This document shows positions 52,338 through 64,000 of a stretch of 64,000 bases of DNA, in pieces. The stretch comes from Octopus vulgaris. Taxonomy: Eukaryota. The position numbers and the translations under genes are program-made. Position 1 is the stretch's first letter, and each line of letters starts with the position of its first letter. Under the pieces are notes generated by a model. It made no database searches, had not been told where the DNA came from, and saw only the letters and a program-made list of their open reading frames with translations. The stretch is from contig OX597836.1 of NCBI GenBank assembly GCA_951406725.2, positions 27,094,001 to 27,158,000 on the forward strand, in the 5' to 3' direction.

Positions 52338-54782
52338 CCTTTCTACTGGAAGTACAATGCCTCAAATTTGGGGGAAGGGATTAAGTCAATTACATCAACC
52401 CCAGTGCATAACTGGTACTTATTTAATCGACCCTGAAAGGATGAAAGGCAAAGTCAACCTTGGTGGAATTTGAACTTAGAATGTAGTGATGGGCGAAATA
52501 CTGCTAAGCATTTTGCCTGGCACGCTAACGATTCTGCCAGCTTGCTGCCTTAATCTTCTTCTTCCTCAATAACCTGGGGTTAAAAATGAAAAAAACACAA
52601 ACACATACAATATTTAAAGGAATCCTGGAAAGGAATTAATCAATGCTATTCATATGAACATCTCACAAATGGATCGAAACATCTGAGTTTCCAATGACTA
52701 AATAATAAATTCAAAACACATCATTGGTAAAAAGGATGTTCTGAGTTCAAATCCATCAACAATTTTTATTTTTACCACTTTTCTTTTTTTTTTATTTTAC
52801 TTTTATTTTTTTTGTTACTCCTGCATTTATTTCTTTATTTTTGTTGTTTTGCTGTTCAAAAAAGTTTTTAAAATTTTTTCTTGTTTCACTATTTTTTTGG
52901 TTGTTTTTGACTTTTATGGATTAGTAGTGACTTTTTAAAATAAGATTTGAAGTGTTTATCTTCTTCAACTCTGTAAAACGTTCAGGTACATTTGCTAATA
53001 AACAGTTTTAAGTTGCATTAGTTGCATATCAAGTGAAATATTTTCTCTTGCTCACAAAACTTGTGTTTTAAAAGCCGAAGAGGTGTAATGGATGAGGATG
53101 AAAATGGGTTAAGCGTAATCCATTGGATGAGTAATGTTTGTATGTATGCAGGGATTGATTAAGGCCCATAGAGACCCTAAGCACTTCAAAGATTTTGGAA
53201 CCACCATACATACATAACTCAAAACATAAACAACAAGAGCACTCAGACAGCACAAACTTCTGCCAAGGCAACACCAATATCCTCTCATGATTAGCCATAG
53301 ATGATTTTTAAAATGAGAATATCTGAAATAAACTCGATTGCTCTCGTAAATGGGAATACTAAAAATGAACCCGACCACTCTTGAAAGTTAAGTAAAAAAC
53401 GAACAGGAAAAATAATCTAGAATCCTTTTCTGGTACCAGATTGGTCCCAAAATCTAATCATTTTGTGCCAGTTACAAGGCCAAACAGCCCTGAAAGTTTC
53501 ATCTGAATCCATCCAGCGGTTCTTGAGATATCTTGTCCATGGACAAACAAACATGACTGGAAACAAAACCTCCGCCTTAGCAAAGGCAGAGGTAACAATA
53601 AACTGTACAATAGATTTTAATTTTTCAAAATGAATCAAAACTAACAGGAAAATGGAAAATAATGTTCATTTTTGTATTCTTCCACTTCATTTAAATTTGG
53701 TAAGTTTTCTCCTACTTTTCTTAATTGCAAAGTCTTTGATCAGATCCTCACTGTGACACCATAAACACTTTGAAATTATATTTCCAGTTATGTACAATAA
53801 ACACTAGAAATATACAGAAAATAGAAAATAGATTCCATCAAATTCCTCGGAGTGGGAGGTACCTAGAAGTAGTTGATGGCTTCCATTATCTAGACCAGTG
53901 CTTTTCAAACTTTTTGCTGGAGCGGAACCCCAAAGAAACATTCCACTGGCTTGAGGAACCCCTGTGCAATAATTTAATAGTCTTATACACACATATCTGC
54001 ACAGGAGAATTAAAAATTACTGCCAATTTTAGCAGTTTTGTAACTTCTTGCGGAACCCCTGGACTGTACTGGCAGAACCCTAAGGTTCCGAGGAACCCTG
54101 GTTGAAAACCACCGAGATCTAGGTGACCAAGTCAGCAGCAAAAGTGGATGCTCTGAGAGTGAAGCTGCTAGAATAAGAATAGGCCAGGCAAAGTTCAGAG
54201 AGCTTTTACCTCTGTTGGTAACAAAGGGCCTCTCCCTCAGAGTGAACTGTAGACTGTATGTTGCCTGTGAGCAAAATAGCCATGCTCCATGGCAGTGATA
54301 GGCTGTGACCACAAGGGACACATGAAGGCTTGAAAGAAATGAAGCTAGTATGCTTCACTGAATGTGCTATGTCAGTGTGCATGTGTGACAGCGTGTCTCT
54401 AAAACTGGTATGGTCATGTGATGCATATGAATGAGAACAGCTGAGTAAAGAAGTGCTGATCTCTAACTGTGGAGGGAACCTGTGGAAGAGGTAAACCCAG
54501 GAAGACATAGGATGAAGTGGTGAAACATGATCTTTGAATGTTGGGTCTTATGGAGGCAATGACTCGTGACAGAGACGTTTGGTGATATGCCATGCTTGAG
54601 AAGATTCGTCAAACCAAGTGACCAAGACCTTTCGCTGTTGCCAGTGTCATGTAAAATGGCACCTGTGACACCCATGGCCATTGCCAGCATCATGCAAATG
54701 GTACCAGTGCCAGTGGCATGTAGAAAGCACCCATTACACTCTTGGAGTGGTTGATGTTAGGAAGGGCATTCAGCCATAGAAA

Positions 54783-54831
<49 letters not shown>

Positions 54832-57800
54832 CGTGGTTGTGTGGTAAGTAGCCTGTTTACCAACCACATGGTTCTGGGTTCAATCCCACTGCATGGAACC
54901 TTGGGCAAGTGTCTTCTGCTATAACTTCAGGCCAACCAAAGCCTTGTGAGTAGATTTGGCAGACAGAAGCTGAAAGAAGCCCGTCAGATATATATATATC
55001 ATCATCATCATCATCATCATTTAACGTCCGCTTTCCATGCTAGCATGGGTTGGACGGTTCAACTGGGGTCTGGGGAGCCCGAAGGCTGCACCAGGCCAGT
55101 CACATCTGGCTGTGTTTCTACAGTTGGATGCCCTTCCTAATGCCAACCACTCCGTGAGTGTAGTGGGTGCTTTTTATGTGCCACCGATACAGGTGCCAGA
55201 CGAGGCTGGCGAACGGCCACGCTCGGATGGTGCTTTTTACATGCCACCGGCACAGAGGCCTGGTGAGGCTGGCATGGCCACGATCGGATGGTGTTTGTTA
55301 CGTGCCATGTTTGTGTGTCTGTGTTTGTCACACAACCCCAACCATCATTTGACAACTGACATTGGTGTGTTTACGTTCCTGTAACTTAGCTGTTCAGCAA
55401 AAGAGACCAATAGCAATAAACACTAGGTTTACAAAGAATAAGTCCTGGGGTCGATTTGTTCAACTAAAAGGCGGTGCTCCAGTGTGGCTGCAGTCAAATG
55501 ACTGAAACAAATAAAATAATAAAAGTATATACACACACATGTACATGCATGCTTATTTATATAATATTACAAAATATCTCTCGTTTATATTTATTATACA
55601 TAAAAGTCTCATAGCAGCCAATTCATGTTATGAAATGGTTTCATGCTGAAGAACATTTGAATTGTGTAGAGGTAAACTAGCAATCATTGGATATGGCCAA
55701 ATGGAAAAGCCTTGCGAAGATTCCTTGTCATTGGTTGCTTGAATCTGCCACATCCTGTTTATGGGTCCCAGAGGTGTGAGAAAAAAAAGTTTAAAAGTAT
55801 AAAACTTGAAACGAAGCACATGAATAAACAACATAGTAAAAGAAAAAAATACAATGTTGGAGAGTTTGTCGATCAGAGTTATGTCCATGATATTGCTCAT
55901 TGCCATTATTACACAGTCACTCATTCATATATATATATCTATATATACTTGTACTATGACTCGGCAATGCCAGGTCATGGTGCTAGTGAATGCATATACA
56001 GCTGCGTGCGTGTGCACATACGTGCGAGTACTGCCCAAATCTCCAACCAATCACATACAGCTAGCTGGCATTCAATTGGCATATCAAGTTTCGGGCATTT
56101 TGATTGGGTTTTGGATAGAAAATTCACAAAAAAGTCACTTCTATTGATTTTTTAATGGCTTTGCAGGGTGACTGGGGAAATGTAAAGATGTGCACGACCA
56201 CCCTTGGACGGTTTTGAATGAAAGTGTGAGCCCTCTAACTGAAAAATTGTGGATTTGTATAAAGGACATGCACACACACACACAAACACAGACAGACATT
56301 TTGCCGTTTATATTTTCTTTCTTTTTTTCTTTTTTTTTCTTTTACTTGTTCCAGTCATTTTTGACTGCGGCCATGCTGGAGCACCGCCTTTAATCGAGCA
56401 ACTTGACCCCAGGACTTATTCTTTTGTAAGCCCAGTACTTATTCTATCGATCTCTTTTGCCGAACCGCTAAGTAACGGGGACATAAACACACCAGCATCA
56501 GTTGTCAAGCAATGCTAGGGGGACAAACACAGACACACAAACACACACACGCATACATATATATATACATATATACGACGGGCTTCTTTCAGTTTCCGTC
56601 TACCAAATCCACTCACAAGGCATTGGTCGGCCCGAGGCTATAGTAGAAGACACTTGCCCAAGGTGCCATGCAAGGGGACTGAACCCAGAACCATGTGGTT
56701 GGTAAACAAGCTACTTACCACACAGCCACTCCTGCGCCTATATATATAGAGATGTACATATATATCATATGGATTGTTCCATTATTGGTATGCAGGTGGT
56801 ACATAGCATGCTATACAAGCCTGTACAGAGTATGAAAGTTATAGTAGGTCACATTAAAATTTTTTTTTTGTTGTCCTATTATAAATTTGAGTGATGTTTC
56901 TCTGTTTGTTATGTTTTTATGTTTGTTAACTCCACCTAGACCGTTGGTGCAAGGACATCAAAACTCAAACCAGCAACTCCCAGGGAATGTCCTAAGGCAG
57001 TCTATTTTTTTAAGGATCGCTTAATCGGAGCCCCACTGACCCCACTATTTTTACCGGATTTTAAACTAAATTGGCGACTAAATCAGAGCAATGGCAATGA
57101 ATTTCATACCATGAATTCCCAGGGAGTATTGTAAGGAATTTCAGTTTCTGAAGGGCCGCTTAAATGGGGCCCCAATGACCCCACTATTTTTACTGGATTT
57201 TAAACTAAATATGTGGCATTGGCGACTAAATCAGAGCAATGGCAATGAATTTCATACCATGAATTCCCAGGGAGTATTGTAAGGAATTTCAGTTTCTGAA
57301 GGGCCGCTTAAATGGGGTCCCAATGACCCTGCCCTATTTTTACTGCATTTACCTCGTTCCTACGCTAATTGATTATTCTATGATCAGTATCAGTTCTTAG
57401 CACATTTGCAGAAATAAGTTTGGGCATTGTAAATACCTTCACGTACATTCAAATCGAGATAAAGAGTTTTAACAGGTACGTTTCAGGTGTGGTAGTGTGT
57501 ATATTTACATTTTGTCGTATGTATGCATGTATTCATCCCTACCACCTTTGAGCAACTCTCTTGATCCGACCATCTCCATTGTCTTAAAGTAGGCTGCCAC
57601 ATGGATTCTTATTTCTTTATTGCCTACAAGGGGCTGAACATAGAAGGGGCAAACAAGGACAGACAAAGGAATTAAGCTGAATAGATCAACCCCAGTGTGT
57701 AACTGGTACTTAATTTATCGACCCCGAAAGGATGAAAGGCAAAGTCAACTTTGGCGGAATTTGAACACAGAACGTAACGGCAGACAAAATACCTATTTCT

Positions 57801-59516
57801 TTACTACCCACAAGGGGCTACACACAGAGAGGACAAACAAGGACAGACAAAAGGATTAAGTTGATTACATCGACCCCAGTGTGTAACTGGTACTTAATTT
57901 ATCGACCCTGAAAGGATGAAAGGCAAAGTCAACCTCGGTGGAATTTGAACACAGAACGTAATGGCAGACAAAATACCGCTAAGCATTTTGCCCAGCGTGC
58001 TAATGATTCTGCCAGCGCACCACCTTAATGGATTCTAAAACCTGGTGGGAAAGAATATGGTGGTATGACAGCCCTCATTGCTCACAACACCCAAAACCAT
58101 CACAAAGGATGGGAACTTGGTGTGTATGATGGTGGAGTCTTTGGTGAGGCTGGCACTTGGCTATCCATTACTCCTTCTGTTCATTTTTTGATCTTAGACA
58201 AAGTTCTTCTCATCTGTAGGAATTGATTCTTCAAATGAGAAGGTTCTCGCCAGATTGAGAAACTTTAAGTTCTTGTACCATAACCAATCTAACCCCTGCC
58301 AAATAGTGAAGGCGTGTGGCTCAGTGGTTAGAGCATCACACCGACAATATTGAGGTAGTGAGTTCAATTCCCAGACCAGGGTGTGTGTTGTGTTCTTGAG
58401 CAAGACACTTTATTTCATGTTACTCCAGTTCACACAATTATAGAAATGAGTTGCAATGTCATTGGTGCCAAGCTGTATTGGCCCCTTTGTCTTTCCCTTG
58501 GATAACATCGGTGGCATGGAGAGGGGAGACTGGTATGCATAGGTGACTGCTGGTCTTCCATAAACAACCTTGCTTGGACTTGTGCCTTGGGAGGGAACAT
58601 TCCAGGTTCAATCTCATCATCATTCATGACGGAAGGGGGTCTTTATGTATGTTTGTATGTATGAAGGCATATGGTTCAGTGCTTAGAGTGTCAGGCTCAC
58701 AATCATATGGTAGTGAGTTTGATTCCCAGACTAGGGTGTGTGTTGTGTTCTTGAGCAAGACACTTTATTTCACATTGCTCCTGTTCACTCAGCTGTAGAA
58801 ATGAGTTGCAACATCACTGGTGCCAAGCTGTATCAGCCTTTGCCTTTCTCTTGGATAACATTGGTGGCATGGAGAGGGGAAACTGGTCTTCCATAAACAA
58901 CCTTGCCTGGAGTTGTGCCTCGGAGGGTAACTTTCCAGATGCTGTCCAATGGTCATTCACAATCAAAGGGGGTCTTTACCCTTTATCCAAAATTGACCAT
59001 CGTAACTCTGGTGGACAATTACTCTGGAACTATAGTAACAATACATTGCCGATCCATTTTCTGGTTCTTTGGTGTCAAATGGAGGTGCCACATGGAGTCA
59101 TTCAGTTCAAGGTTGTCTATCAACATTTCAAATTATTACGTTGACCCCCCCTGCCCCCTCTTAAGGTACACTCAATGACCTGAGTATGACTCACCTGTAT
59201 ACCCCTCCCCCTCTTAAGGTACACTCAATGACCTGAGTATGACTCACCTGTATACCCCTCCCCCTCTTAAGGTACACTCAATGACCTGAGTATGACTCAT
59301 TGCCTCATTACCTGGAGAATGGCAGTTTTATGGCGTTTAGGTAATAATCTTTAGATGTGTATTAATTCGTTCTTGTAATTCCAGAAACTGTAAAATTTCA
59401 TATATATATATATATATACATATATACATACAAGCATACGTACATACATACATATATACATACATATATATACAAACACACACACATATGTACATATATG
59501 TATGCACAATCATATA

Positions 59517-59588
<72 letters not shown>

Positions 59589-59630
59589 CATACATACATA
59601 CATACATACATACATACATACATACATACA

Positions 59631-59688
<58 letters not shown>

Positions 59689-59726
59689 CACACACATATG
59701 TACGTATATACATACACAATCATATA

Positions 59727-59824
<98 letters not shown>

Positions 59825-60665
59825 TATTTTTGTTTATTGTTTCAGTTATTAGTCATTTGATTGTGGCCATACTTTGAAAAACTTTTTTAGCCAAATGAAT
59901 CTAGCCGAGTTACTTTTCCTGGTTTTTAAGCCCAGTACTTATTCTATTGGTCTCTTTTACCAAACTGCCAAGTTAGAGGGATGTAAACACACCAACACTG
60001 GTTATCAAGAATATCATCATCATCATCATCATCATTTAACATTCGTTTTCCATGCTGGCATGGATTCGATGGTGACTGGAGCCTGGTAAGGCCAGGGACC
60101 TCACCTGGCTCCGTTGTCTGTCCTGGCTTTAGTTTCTACAGCTGGATGCCCTTCCTAATGCCAACCACCCCCACAAGGTGTATCAGGTACATTTTTACGT
60201 GGCACCAGCACCAGTGTTTTCAACCTGACACCAGTACAAGTGCTTTTTGTGTGGCACCAGCTCCTCTATCAATTCTGCTGTGGCGGGTGAGTCTTCTTGA
60301 ATACAGCAAGGGACCCAGATACCTTCGTCCTTTGTCATCTCCCTTGTAAGGCTCAGTTTCTTGATATTGGCCTTCAGTACTTCATCTCATTTCTTCCTGG
60401 GTTTCCTTCTTCTACAAATTTCATCCACTTTAAGTGATCGGCACTTCTGTATGCAACTGTCTACATCCATCCGCATCACATGACCAAACCAGTACAGCCT
60501 CTTCTCTTGCACACTGCATCTAATTGCTCTTATGCCCTCTCAATACACTAGCGTTCTGTTCCACCTGTACACTGACATTGCACACCCAATATTTCGTTCC
60601 CCTCTAGCCTTTCCATGTCTTCTGCATACAGGCCTCACATCTCACAGCGATGGTGATGATGATGG

Positions 60666-60698
<33 letters not shown>

Positions 60699-60843
60699 GT
60701 AGCATAAGGTAGTTTTTCTACCTGGCCGGCTCCTGTGAACCATCCTACCCATGCGTGCATGGAAGATGGAAGTTAAACGATGACGACAACAACGACGATG
60801 ATGACGATGACGATTCTGATGCTGATGGTGATGATGATGGTAA

Positions 60844-60876
<33 letters not shown>

Positions 60877-62807
60877 AATTTTACAGTTTCCGGAATTACA
60901 AAAATGAATTAACGCACATCTAAAGATTATTACCTAAACGCCATACAACTGTCATCCTCCAGGTAATTGAGGCAATGAATAAATATATACAGGTGAGTCA
61001 TACTCAGGTCATTGAGTGTACCTTAAGAGAGGGAGGGAGTCAACGTAATAATTTGGAATGTTGGTAGACTGCATTGAATGGAATGACACCAAAGAACCAG
61101 AAAATGGAAAATGGACAGTGTAACATTGGTAGTTCCAGAGTAAACTATTACCAAAATTATCATTATGAGTGTTACCATGGTCAATTTTGGGGAATGTATA
61201 TATATATATATATATCGTGCCATCCGATCGTGGCTGTTTGCCAGCCTCGTCTGGCACCTGTGCCGGTGGCACATAAAAAGCACCCACTACACTCATGGAG
61301 TGGTTGGCGTTAGGAAGGGCATCTAGCTGTAGAAACACTGCCAGATCAGACTAGGCCTGGTGCAGCCTTCTGGCTTCCCAGACCCCAGTTGAACCGTCCA
61401 ACCCATGCTAGCATGGAAAGCAGACATTAAACGATGATGATGATGATGATGATGATGATATATAAGCATAATACATAGGGTAATAATAAATTATTATTAC
61501 CAGTGGCCTAGAACAAAAAACGAATTAGTCCTTAGACTATATATTATTCATATAGAAATACAATAAGAGGCTTCCAAATAGGAAAGCATTGTGCTAGAAA
61601 GAGCAGTAGAAATCTCAAAATCCACAAAAAAAGGATAAATTCTCGAAAGGAATGAAAATTAAAAACGTTTACCATCTCAACTATTTCCCAGACCATGGTT
61701 TCTAACTATTTCTAGCAAAAAAACTGACTGAGGCTATGGACATTATTCCAACCATCCCAGTCTTGGCCTACCCCTACATCACCTGCCATTTGGGCTCAGT
61801 TTAAAGAATGAATCCATCTTGCAATTTTTTCCTGCAACATTTTAATAACATGTCTGTAGTATTAAGGCTGTAATTTCTCAATGTGGAGAAGTCCCAGTTC
61901 TTGGGGGGGGGGGTTCATGATAGCGAAGTCCTCAGGCCCTTCCTCCATAGGGCCCCATCAGGTGAATTCCCAATTCAAAAAATCCAAAAAATCAAAAATC
62001 AAAATCGATCAACATGAATGGAAATTGTAGCTGTGATACCAGTGCTGGTGGCACATAAGAGAACCATCCGAATATGGCCGTTGCCAGTGCCGCCCTGACT
62101 GGCTTCCGTGCCGGTGGCACGTAAAAAGCACCATCCGACCGTGGCCGTTTGCCAGCCTCGTCTGGCACCTAAAAAGCACCCACTACACTCACGGAGTGGT
62201 TGGCGTTAGGAAGGGCATCCAGCCGTAGAAACATTGCCAGATCAGACTGGGCCTGGTGCAGCCTTCTGGCTTCCCAGACCCCAGTTGCACCATCCAACCC
62301 ATGCCAGCATGGAAAGCAGATGCTAAACGATGATGATGATGATGATGACCAGCTGAGACCATAGACATTATCCAGCCATCTCATTCTTGCTTTTCTCCTC
62401 AGTTGGTTGGCTCAGCCTGAAGAATCCACCATGCAATTCTTTTCTGTGACATTTTAATTGCATGTTTCTAGTACCAGCCTTCATCAGGTATCTTGGGGAA
62501 ATTTCAAACCTGGGTTCTCATTCCTGAGGTATTTTTCAATGTTATTATTGTTATCATTATTATTATTATCATTCAGGTCACTGCTTGGAATTGAACTCCA
62601 AATCTTAGGGTTAGTAGCCTGCACTCTTAACCACTGTGCCATGTGCCAAGGTTCGAAATTTCCCCAAGACACCTGATGATATTTCTCCACATCTTGTTTG
62701 TTGTTAACAAAACGTTTCGGCTGATATACCCTCCAGCCTTCATCAGGTGTCTTGGGGGAAATTTCGAACCTAGGTTCTCATTCCTAAGGTATTTTTCTAT
62801 ATTATTA

Positions 62808-62861
<54 letters not shown>

Positions 62862-63636
62862 TCACTGCCTGGAATTGAACTCCGAATCTTAGGGTTAGTA
62901 GCCTGCGCTCTTAACCACTGTGCCATGTGCCAAGGTTCGAAATTTCCCCAAGACACCTGATGAATGCTGGAGGGTATATCAGCCAAAACATTGAGTTAAC
63001 AACAAACAAGATGAGGACAAATATCTGTCAAATGTAAATAATGTAAATAACGTAATTCATTTCATGTTGCTCCAGTCCACTCAGCTGGCAAAATGGAGTA
63101 ACCCTGCAATGGAGTGGTGCCCCATCCAGTGGGAGGGGGGTGATATATATGCCATGAAACTGGTAACCCAGCCCTTATGAGTCTGTATGACTCGAGAAGA
63201 CAAACTTTACCTTTATGAAATAAACTTTAGCAACAAAACCCTTGTATGGACCCTCAATTGTCATGTGCACCCCAGTTGAAAACCTTTGGGTCCAGAAGAT
63301 TAAAAATGAAAGTGTGGTGTAGGATCATAGGTCTGTTTTTGTTTCAAAGCTGACCTGTGGCTAAACAACAACATCAACAACAACAACAGTAGCAGCAAGC
63401 AGCAGCAGCAATAACAACAACAACAACAACAACAACAAATTGTACTTGTCTTTTTATCTAGGGTTACCAATGAGGAAACATTTCAGCCAAAGTTCAGCAA
63501 AGGGATCGAGCAAGACATACAGTTCATCCATGTCCAACGCTGATAATAACCAGAACACCAACAACCCGTTTGTGCCAATCAACCAAGATTTTGAAGTACT
63601 CAGAAGAGATTTTAGAGTAGAAACAAGAGACCAAGG
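34466..63636 (+). CDS. PPP1R42: Protein phosphatase 1 regulatory subunit 42 (LRRC67/TLRR), SDS22-like LRR protein; spliced. Exons 34466-34600, 37163-37332, 41562-41700, 43339-43573, 45876-45995, 47650-47721, 63462-63636
   Basis: Exons join in frame with consistent phases. Motifs [64 protein letters not shown] and ENLDGKDI...FIHNW match PPP1R42 as I recall it. Confidence 0.9.
35843..36214 (+). mobile_element. Helentron/DINE-1-like non-autonomous element
   Basis: Subterminal inverted repeat (ccttggcagaggt at the 3' end), short gtttgtctgtct microsatellite and 3' hairpin gcgctc-tct-gagtgc; four copies in the window. Confidence 0.6.
36325..37112 (+). mobile_element. Helentron/DINE-1-like copy interrupted by a SINE (36604-37024)
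   Basis: Colinear with 35843-36214 once the SINE is removed. Confidence 0.6.
37163..37332 (+). CDS. PPP1R42: PPP1R42 coding exon 2 ([18 protein letters not shown]...SSLIQLTK)
   Basis: (CT)n tract plus cag acceptor; donor GTAAGT; LRR repeats. Confidence 0.93.
37793..38333 (-). mobile_element. Family E element
   Basis: Reverse complement of 39740-40297. Confidence 0.75.
39740..40297 (+). mobile_element. About 550-bp interspersed element flanked by (AAT)n (family E)
   Basis: Copies at 37793-38333 (-), 41010-41175 (+, partial) and 46877-47430 (-). Confidence 0.75.
41562..41700 (+). CDS. PPP1R42: PPP1R42 coding exon 3 ([13 protein letters not shown]...[15 protein letters not shown])
   Basis: Acceptor cccag; donor GTGAGT; phases 2/0. 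Confidence 0.93.
41740..42216 (+). repeat. 16-bp G-rich minisatellite
   Basis: gcgatggaggtgtcgg units, roughly 30. Confidence 0.9.
42610..43315 (+). repeat. (CAT)n/(CCT)n/(ACC)n low-complexity tract
   Basis: Trinucleotide runs directly upstream of PPP1R42 exon 4. Confidence 0.9.
43339..43573 (+). CDS. PPP1R42: PPP1R42 coding exon 4 ([11 protein letters not shown]...[21 protein letters not shown])
   Basis: AAG acceptor (weak); donor GTAGGT; LRRs and LRR cap. Confidence 0.88.
43615..44420 (+). repeat. Degenerate (TG)n tract
   Basis: Visible dinucleotide repeat. Confidence 0.9.
45876..45995 (+). CDS. PPP1R42: PPP1R42 coding exon 5 ([23 protein letters not shown]...NPYK)
   Basis: Acceptor ccactag; donor GTATTT; LDG motif ending the LRR cap. 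Confidence 0.88.
46877..47430 (-). mobile_element. Family E element
   Basis: Reverse complement of 39740-40297. Confidence 0.75.
47650..47721 (+). CDS. PPP1R42: PPP1R42 putative coding exon 6 ([24 protein letters not shown])
   Basis: Strong pyrimidine tract plus acag; donor GTAACT; phases 1/1 fit; unique sequence among repeats. Confidence 0.72.
48116..48327 (+). mobile_element. Second copy of the hammerhead-bearing element
   Basis: Reverse-complement match to about 30189-30395. Confidence 0.65.
48143..48184 (+). ncRNA. Minimal type I hammerhead ribozyme motif (same family as 30327-30365)
   Basis: TCCAGA CTGATGA C-GAGT-AAG-ACTC-A GAAA CTAG TC^TCTGGA; 6-bp stem I. Confidence 0.65.
51390..51765 (+). 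mobile_element. 5'-truncated R4/Dong-like non-LTR retrotransposon (C-terminal restriction-like endonuclease region plus 3'UTR) in (TAA)n
   Basis: [28 protein letters not shown]...[20 protein letters not shown]; (AAT)n on both sides. Confidence 0.7.
51785..52160 (-). mobile_element. Helentron/DINE-1-like copy
   Basis: Reverse complement of the 35843-36214 family. Confidence 0.6.
53233..53595 (-). mobile_element. Helentron/DINE-1-like copy
   Basis: Reverse complement of the 35843-36214 family. Confidence 0.6.
53836..54625 (+). mobile_element. Decayed RTE-type LINE 3' part, interrupted by a hAT-like MITE
   Basis: [10 protein letters not shown]|GDQVS...[17 protein letters not shown]...WYGHVM...GRGKPRKT. 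Confidence 0.7.
53896..54114. mobile_element. hAT-like MITE
   Basis: Ends cagtgcttttcaaac / ggttgaaaaccaccg; atctag occurs on both flanks. Confidence 0.6.
55948..56312 (-). mobile_element. Helitron-like element (family of 6261-6626)
   Basis: Reverse-complement similarity across its length. Confidence 0.7.
57035..57345 (+). repeat. About 148-bp tandem duplication
   Basis: ttggcgactaaatcagagc...gggccgcttaaatgggg occurs twice. Confidence 0.85.
58309..58985 (+). mobile_element. Two tandem tRNA-derived SINE family D copies
   Basis: Heads tggctcagtggttagag...gagttcaattcc; cttgagcaagacactt CORE-like segment; related copies at 11302-11620 and 35485-35810. Confidence 0.75.
58985..61195. repeat. Long inverted repeat pair (58985-59400 / 60875-61195); left arm contains a 53-bp tandem repeat
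   Basis: Arms are reverse-complementary; ttaaggtacactcaatgacc recurs at 59161, 59214 and 59267. Confidence 0.8.
60360..60650 (-). mobile_element. RTE LINE C-terminal remnant
   Basis: Minus-strand [24 protein letters not shown]. Confidence 0.65.
61215..61458 (+). mobile_element. RTE-tail repeat (family C) ending in (GAT)n
   Basis: ggttggcgttaggaagggcatc...aacccatgctagcatggaaag...aaacgatgatgat; many copies (e.g. 3400-3620, 15195-15922, 16463-16690, 49784-50110, 55000-55305, 62040-62348). Confidence 0.75.
62474..63050 (-). mobile_element. Tandem tRNA-headed SINE-like element with a 3' hammerhead motif and inverted copies of its 3' end (Penelope-like)
   Basis: Heads at 62647 and 62931 with box A TGGCACAGTGG and box B GTTCAATTCC; (AAT)n; tail GACAC-CTGATGA-A-GGCTG...CAGCC-GAAACGT. 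Confidence 0.75.
62705..62751 (-). ncRNA. Minimal type I hammerhead ribozyme motif
   Basis: GACAC CTGATGA A GGCTG-GAGGGTATAT-CAGCC GAAA CGT T TTGTT; stem I has one mismatch. Confidence 0.6.
63462..63636 (+). CDS. PPP1R42: PPP1R42 putative coding exon 7 ([12 protein letters not shown]...[10 protein letters not shown])
   Basis: Acceptor tttttatctag, phase 1 fits; ends at donor GTAAGA (63637) or reads into TAA at 63638-63640. Confidence 0.65.
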
Positions 63637-64000
63637 GTAAGATCTTTGCTTCTTTTTCATTCCGCCCTTTCCTTCTCTTCCTCCTCCTCTTCTTCTTCTC
63701 CTTCTTCTACCTCTTCTCTTCTTCTTCCACTTCTCTTCTTCTTCCTCCTCTTCTTCTACTTCTTCTTCTTCTCCTTCTTCTACCTCTTCTCTTCTTCTTC
63801 CACTTCTTCTCTTCTTCTTCCTCCTCTTCTCTTCTTCTTCCTCCTGCTCCTCCTCCTCCTCCTCCACCCCAACCTCCGCCTCCTCTTCTTCCTCTCTTCT
63901 CCTTCTTCTTTCTCTCTTCTTCTCCTTCTTCTTCCTCCACCACCCCTCCGCCTCCCCCCTCGTCTTCTTCTTCTTCTTCTTCTTCTTCTTCTTCTTCTTC

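Noticed and set aside
59155-59300. CRISPR-like 53-bp repeat
   Set aside because: Simple tandem triplication without spacers.
62860-62931. tRNA-like sequence as a tRNA gene
   Set aside because: A and B boxes are present but the acceptor stem does not pair; it is a SINE head, as are the other family A, B and D heads.

Overview
AT-rich, microsatellite- and SINE-dense animal genomic DNA; the repeat families look like those of an octopus or other coleoid cephalopod (inferred). Two spliced genes lie head-to-head. PREB/SEC12 is on the minus strand (7 coding exons from ATG 22584 to position 38, continuing off-window). PPP1R42/LRRC67, a leucine-rich-repeat protein, is on the plus strand (7 coding exons, 34466-63636, possibly continuing). 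A canonical tRNA-Gln(TTG) gene (31258-31329, minus) lies between them, centred inside a pair of inverted repeat arms. The rest is mobile DNA: tRNA-derived SINEs, RTE LINE remnants, an R4/Dong-like fragment in (TAA)n, Helitron/Helentron-like elements and hAT, Tc1 and PIF-like MITEs. Most notable are several families of short elements carrying minimal hammerhead-ribozyme motifs in Penelope-like inverted arrangements, including a tandem tRNA-headed SINE whose tail is a hammerhead (62474-63050). Almost all listed ORFs are repeat artefacts. Repeat boundaries are approximate and were read by eye.
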